The translations under genes were made by a program, and so were the position numbers. 64,000 nt of DNA. Origin: Setoptus koraiensis. Its lineage: Eukaryota > Animalia > Arthropoda. The DNA lies in NCBI GenBank assembly GCA_048013815.1, contig CM106586.1, positions 18,166,001-18,230,000 on the forward strand, in the 5' to 3' direction. Positions 57,465 to 64,000 of this stretch are shown here, in pieces (positions within the stretch are counted from its first letter, which is position 1; every line of letters begins with the position of its first letter). The notes under the pieces are model-generated. The model did not search any database and was not told where the DNA came from. It saw nothing but the letters and a program-made list of their open reading frames with translations.

Positions 57465-60400
57465 TTGGCGACATCAGCAGCAGCGGCGACAGCAGCGGCG
57501 ACAACAACGACAGCGACAACAACAACGACAACAGCAGCAACGGCGACAACAACAACGGCAACAGCAGCAACGGCGACACCGACATCAGCGATCATGTTGA
57601 GCTTCGCCAGACAGAATGGCACCGAAATCAGACTCAAGAAGCGACTATTGGCGACGACAGGTAACAATGATCAATCAGTGAGCACTCAATTTGCAGCAGC
57701 AGCGGCAGCCAGCAGTAATCCAATTAGGCAGGCCAGCAATCACAAGAGCAACAACAATAAGCTTCGCCTGCTCACCAGAGACAGCATACTGGGCTCCGGC
57801 GACACCAACAGCGACAAAGTGCGATATCCACCATTATTCAATAACACCGTGCTGAGAGCAGTGTCGCCGTTGCTCTACGTCGAGTCAAACAATGTTTTCA
57901 TCAACAAGTCGGGCGTCTTGCAATCAAGATACAAGCCGCCGCCGCCAGCCAGCAATCATCACCACAGCACCAATCACAACAGCATCAACAAAAGCAGCAG
58001 CAGCAGCATCACCCTGTTCGACAGCGACATGCAAGATCCGTATATCGCCGACGGGGCGCCCACCATGGCCGACGCCGTCATCAGCCAGCCGCCCGACAGC
58101 CAATTGGCCGCTCAGCCGGCCCACGACACAGTGTCGCGTTTCGTCATTTTGGGCCTAGAGGTCAGCGACAGCAACGTCACACTGACGTGGACACTGTCGC
58201 TGGTCAGCGCTGGCGACACCAATCGGTCGCACGCGCTTCAAACAACAATTGTCACCCAAGCGAACAGCAGCGATGACCAGTACGAACTGATTGATCGGCA
58301 CAGCAAGCGCAATTATCCGCACGATCACGACTCGCAAACCAGAATAGACACCCAGTGGCTGCGCCGAACGAGGCGACACGCCGCCCAGGCCAACAGCAAA
58401 AGCGGCGACAGTGGCGACAAGTTGACATCCGGCCCGGCAGACGCCAAGAGGCAGCCGGCCCGACGGAGGGTGAGCCTCGACGGGCCTCAACAGGCGCAAC
58501 AGCCCCCCCAGCGGCGCGATCCAGACACCACAATCGCCGACATGGCCAGCGCCAACGTGGCCGTGCCCCAGTGGGCCGCCCAAACGGGCCGCGAGCAGCC
58601 CAGCAACCTGTACCCGAGCTTGCAAGACACGCTGAGCCAAGAGAGTCGGGCACAGCAGCGGCTCAACGGCGACAATGGCGAGCCCCATACGGCCGCAACA
58701 GACAACAACAGCAGCAGAGCGCGCAAATCCACTATGTCCAGCGAGTGGCTGGTGCGAGTGAGACGGTTCGCCTCGAACGAGGTGGACATTTTGAGAATAG
58801 TGATCAACAACCCGAGCCCAAACGCAACCGCGACAGCCGCCACCAACGACGCCTCGGGTGCGCGGCTAGCGGCGGGCCCGAGGCCGCTCGAGCGCAAGAT
58901 CGCCTTCACCAAATTGCAGCCGGGCACCGGCTACGAGTTTTGCATAGAGTCCGCGACGCCAAATCAACAAATCGAAGACAGATACCAAATAATGGATGCC
59001 AATCACTACCTGAAGTGCCATGACAGCGAGGAGCTAGCGCTCAACGCTGGTCAACAACACTCAAACAGCAGACAAAATGTGAATTTGAACATGAATTCGA
59101 ACGGGGGCGCCATGATTGACGAAGGCGTGTACGGGAGCGGCGGCGCCGCCGCCAGCTCGGGGCAGCCCAATGATGAGCAGCTCAGGCGGCGGTCTAGGCG
59201 ACACCACAGACAGACGGCGGCGGCGGCGGACAGCGCAGGCGGCCCGCCGAGCAACACAATGAAAAGTTTGTGCAAGGAATTGTTCACCGCCAGGCCGGGC
59301 AACAGGGGCGCGGTCAGTTTCGGCGAGCCGCACAAATCGCACACAAATCACAGCGGCCACCGGCAGGCCAAGTCGTTGCCGATATTGCAGAGTCACCTGG
59401 AGACGGTGCAAATAAACGATATGAGCGCCAGATCGTCGGCCGGCCTAGACGCCTATCAATCGTCTATTATCGAGGTGGTGAGCAGCACGGGCCATCAGCT
59501 GGCCCGGGATGGCTGGCAGGATGCGGCCAGCAACGCCGGGCAGCCGGCCAATATAACGGGCAACCGGGCGGGCGACCCGACAACGTCGTTCGTTCACATG
59601 AGCTCCATGCACAACTATCTAGTCACCTCTGCGCTTCCGGTTGCGGCGGGCATTTTCGTGTTGATACTTTTTGTTACTATTGCAAATATTTTGCTCAATG
59701 TGGCCTGTTGTTTTTGCTGGTGGCCTTTCAAGTCGACAGGACAGCACAAACAGGCCAAGGGCTCGGGCAGGTCGTCGTCGTCGTCGTCGGCGAACACATT
59801 CTCGCATTTGGCCACCTTCAACAGGAACAACAATTACTTCTCCACGACAGCAACAACAACAAACAAGAAGAAAAAAAACTATCAGCGCGCCATATCGCCC
59901 TATTTCGACATGATTGACACGGGCCACTCGGCGCCCCAATTGACGGGCGATCTGGACTTTGCCATTGGTGCGCTCGACACAAACACCAAACAAGCGGCCG
60001 GTGACGATCTGTTTGACCGTGCCGGCAAGCAGAGAGACAGGCCGCCCCACAAGCGAAACATCACAAGCATCTCGATTGGTGGCGCCGGGTACGGCGATTC
60101 GCCAATTAGCGCCGCTGGCAACGCTGCGCTCGATCTCGAGGAGCTGGCCTATCCACCACCCAACTTGTTTACCATTACCACCGGAAATGAGCACAATGGT
60201 GGCATCGATAATGCGACCAGCGACAGTCAGCTGAACACGACGGCAGCCGGCCAGCATGCAAACACTTGGCAACATGAGCGCAACAAATTGGACAGGAACT
60301 TCTTTGCTACTGAGCCGACCAGCAACCAAAAGAAATATTATTATTTGTACAATAATATAAGCTCGTCCTATGACAACACGGCGCATAGAAAGTTTTTGGC

Positions 60401-61091
60401 GTCGTCGTCGTCGTCGTCGTCGCAACGCCAAAAACAATGGAAATCACAAATACACTTACCTGTGTCATACGCGCCACGAATAGACAGAATAAATCCTTTG
60501 TACGATCACGACGCGCCCTCGACGCAACACTCGGCCAGTAACACTCTGTTGGGCAACAATAGACCTAATCACCTAAACAGGTCATTGTTGTCCATCAATG
60601 GAGCAATGAGCGACCACCACGACCAGACTGACGCGCCCATTGAGGGTGACAGATTGGAACTGCAAAAGCAACGCTTCCAACAGCAACAACAACAACTCGA
60701 GAAAATAGTCACCAAAAGCGGCTCCATTGTGCCAAGACCATTCATCGATCCAAATGGGCCGCCTAAATGCACGTCGCCAAATTGTAATTTCATAGCCACT
60801 CAGCATGAATTATTGATTAGTCCGTCTGTGAGGGGCGACGATGACGATGACGACGATTTCATTGGCAGCACCCTATTCGACGATTGCGACCAGCAGCAGC
60901 AGCAGCGATGCAACGATAATGCAAATCAACAACGAAGAATAACGTTCGCTGACGAGCAGCCGGCCAACGATTGCGACGAATGCAACCAGTCTGGTCTGTT
61001 GTCTGAAACCACAAACAATCACGACAGCGACAACGATTCATCCTGCCGAATGTGCCTCCTCCAGACCATGACCTCCGATCTCCCGCCACAA

Positions 61092-61126
<35 letters not shown>

Positions 61127-61604
61127 ACAACAACAACAGCTAAAGCAGCAGCAACACCAACACCTACAGCAGGACGAGGCCATGGACAGCGACGATAGAG
61201 CACAGGCGGCCAGAGAAACGGGACAACATCATCAGGCCGAACTAGAGTCGCATGACTTATTTGAAACGTTCAACAACCATCGATTATCGAATGATGGACA
61301 GTTCAAGCCTGCGCCACCTAAAATGACCACCATTATACAATTAAAATGCAACAATCAACAACAAACGGACCAGCAAGCCAACAAGCAACACTTAACCCAT
61401 GCCATGACCAGCACCACCATACCGATTGGTGGGCAACAAGCGTCCACTGGTAATACATTTAAGCGCACCACGGACAACAAAGTCGCTTCTGACAATTGCG
61501 ACACTGTTCTCACTGACCGCAAGCCACTTACCGAAAGTCAGCTCAACTTTAGGAGAACACGTCAGGAATTGGCCTCGAAATTGTTGTTAAAGCAATTGCA
61601 ATAG
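57465..61604 (+). CDS. Large single-pass receptor-like protein: one insertion-split FN3 domain, TM helix, long low-complexity cytoplasmic tail (resembles the FN3-TM end of LRR-FN3 proteins such as TRIL/hattifattener); 5' end unresolved
   Basis: 1379-codon open frame. FN3 strands VILGLEVSDSNVTLTWTL / EWLVRVRRFAS / IAFTKLQPGTGYEFCIES / LCKELFT. TM ALPVAAGIFVLILFVTIANILLNVACCFCWW. No signal peptide in the ORF. In-frame stop at 57432-57434 whose AG may be an acceptor. First ATG at 57594. Confidence 0.8.
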
Positions 61605-63582
61605 TGTGATAAACAAGACAGATATGACTAGCAGTACCAGTAGTATCGACAACAAGTGCGACAAGACTAATGGTTAATTACACACTTACACTAACCAGCC
61701 TCTCGTAACATTAGACCCTTTAAAACTAAAGTACAACAAGTGTAATTATTCGCTCTTGCCAAACATGATGAACATGATTATGTGATTGCAAGCCAATGTC
61801 AATTTACACAAGCAAATATCATTGATGAGTCAAAAGTATGTGTGTGTGTGTGCGTAAATCACAGCAAATCGATGATCAATCATTCATGTAATTTAATCCA
61901 TTCTAACAGGTGGGCAATAGCAATGGAAATGGCTGTTCTCATGATGTCATAACAATAGATTGTACAAATGATAATAAACACATTGACATTACAACTGGCA
62001 TGCAGCTCGACTTTGTCCAATGAGTTGCTGTCTCAGCTCGCCCTCTCATAACAACAACCTCCCCCAGTGACAGCCCGCAGTTGGGCATACGATACACAAA
62101 TATTGCACCCCTTGATCGATCAGGTGCGCGATTGAGTCTCTGAAACACGACGGATCGTCCCCAATTAGTTGCTATTTTCCTATTTTATCAAACATTTTTT
62201 CGTTTCAAATAGTAGCCCAAGCAGACTCGACGGATATTCTCTGTAAAAGCTACACTCGTGCCAAGACTGTTGCGAGTAAGTGCGAAAAAAATCCGCGAGG
62301 GGCGACGCCGCTAACTGCTGCTTCCGCCATTCGTTGCGGCAGTCACACATGTAAGTTTGCATGAGCTTGCTGTCTGCAGGATAATCGACGTGTCAGAGTA
62401 ACTCGTCATGCGCTCACTCTTTCCCCATGCTCACAGCTGACAGCGCCAAGTTTAACTTGCGATAATTTGTGCGCGTCTAGTGCTTCGGATGTGCATTGAA
62501 AAACGCTGGATATTGTTATAATCGCTCATTCAACGCTCGCGGAGGCAACAGTAGTTTGACATCTGTCAAAGTCGCTAATCACTCCAGATGATCAAATCGT
62601 ATGTGATGAATTGAACGACAACACACAAGTGCAAACGTTCACCGGAACAATCTGCAGCTGACTGTGCTCTCCGCTCGGGCCAACAGCGCCTCTAGTGGGC
62701 ATTTTTGCACTCTGCGCACAGGCAGCACCGAAAGTGATGGAGCGCACAGCTAGCGTCAAAAGTAATGGAGCGCTCCCAACTCCCATAGCTGCCCAGCCGG
62801 AAGCCATGACCCATGTTTTTCTGTTATTCAATACCTGTTTCTTCCGCTGCTACAGGCCGGTGCTGCCTGGACTCTCGACAGCGGCAGCAGCGATTCAAAT
62901 TGCAGAATGTCACACGCGTAAACTGTTAAAAAAAGTCATTTGCGAGATTCGCTCGAGCAAGAAATAAGTGAGCCCCATCATACAAGATTGTCGTGTCATT
63001 TTTCCGCCTGTACATGTACTGTAATGCGATTGTACATGCGGGGTCCGTACAGGCAAATCTGGGAGACTGGTGATGGGAGCGCGGGCAAGCTCACTGTGCT
63101 ATGTTTAGAAGGGAGGGAGGCGCGCTGCAGTAGTAGCGCGAGATAGTGGAGTCTGGCCGCGTTATAGCCGCGTCGAACGTCTGCAGGCCGACAATCGGGG
63201 AAAGCAAGCGCCGAACAGATTTCAATTGGCCTGCCGGCGGGCAACATCGTTTTGAGCCAATGAGCTCGACGCTTCAAACGCAGCACTAGTGACACCGCAC
63301 GGAGAGGGAATGAATCTTGTATGTGCACACCAAAAGAGCGAACCAAAAGATTTTGTAGCAGTGCAAACTTGCGTTGGCTACGCAAGCAGCGACGAGAGCG
63401 ACGTTAGCACAGTGACAGCGATGGGGGCAGCATGTGTGCAGTGCATGTTCTCTTATGCTACATCATCATAAGCGCTGTTTAAAGGTGAATCACCGCAGAT
63501 CGAACTGTGTCCTGTGTGCGCCGGCAACAACAAGATCAACTTTTTGTCGACAACTGCCACAACTCGCTGCCATATACATGCG

Positions 63583-63797
63583 AACAATTCGCTTTTGCTC
63601 AACAGTTCGCTTTTCACTTGACAATTCGCTCTTCGCTCGACAATTCGCTCTTCGCTCGACAATTCGCTTTTCGCCCAAAAATTCGATTCTGCCCGACAGT
63701 TCGATTCCGCTCAACAATTCGATTCCGCTCAACAATTCGGTTTTGCTCAACAATTCGATTTTGCTCAACAATTCGATTTTGCTCAACAATTCGATTC
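63583..63797. repeat. Degenerate 18-19-mer minisatellite (ACAATTCGATTTTGCTCA-like), about 11 units
   Basis: Repeated caattcg cores at about 18-19 nt spacing, with no unique spacers. Confidence 0.88.
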
Positions 63798-64000
63798 GAT
63801 CTCTAGGGGAGTATCGCTAGGGCACTGCAGGCAGCAAGAGTTGCGTCGCTGCCAATTAATTCTCTTCACCTATTGACGACGACAAAGAGGAAGTCGATTA
63901 TTGTTTGGCAACGATCAACTAGTGTCGACAGACCCAATCAGTCAGCAGTGTGCAACAGTAAAAGCGCTTGATATATTGATTGATGCATTGATATTGATAT

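Noticed and set aside
61900-63480. Repeat-poor stretch with protein-like frames and an ELDAS word reminiscent of retroelement RNase H
   Set aside because: About 9-14 stops per 400 codons in the two frames I translated, not far below random. No RT, integrase or transposase motif confirmed.
63583-63797. Repeat array as a CRISPR
   Set aside because: Contiguous degenerate units without unique spacers, in a eukaryotic context with no cas genes.

Overview
This is eukaryotic arthropod DNA, most likely a compact mite genome. That assignment is inferred from the chelicerate-type shortened Dscam, the intronless housekeeping genes and the low-complexity-rich proteins; an eriophyoid mite is plausible but unverified. 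Left to right: (1) an eyegone-type Pax gene (+, 4 coding exons). (2) A tight AT-rich cluster of intronless membrane-trafficking genes: Sec16 (-), an orphan Cys-rich single-pass protein (-), NECAP (-), a p24alpha/TMED9 (+) and TBC1D24/skywalker (-). (3) A Dscam (-, 8 exons reconstructed, about 2776 aa). It lacks FNIII3-4 and Ig10, apparently also lacks Ig2-3, carries very large low-complexity insertions inside its domains, and has a 21-kb GC-rich first intron. (4) A large FN3-plus-TM receptor-like ORF (+). The most unusual feature is in the trafficking cluster. A ~330-370 bp non-coding element occurs as a diverged inverted pair directly upstream of the Sec16 and TMED9 start codons. The two copies keep six identical blocks, including TGACGTG and TGTAAACA motifs. 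A much younger 720-bp duplication has also placed the NECAP 3' half at the stop codon of the orphan gene. The Dscam intron holds three ~22-bp hairpins and many short tandem duplications. No rRNA, CRISPR array or autonomous transposon is supported. All identifications come from motif recognition by eye; no searches or folding programs were run.
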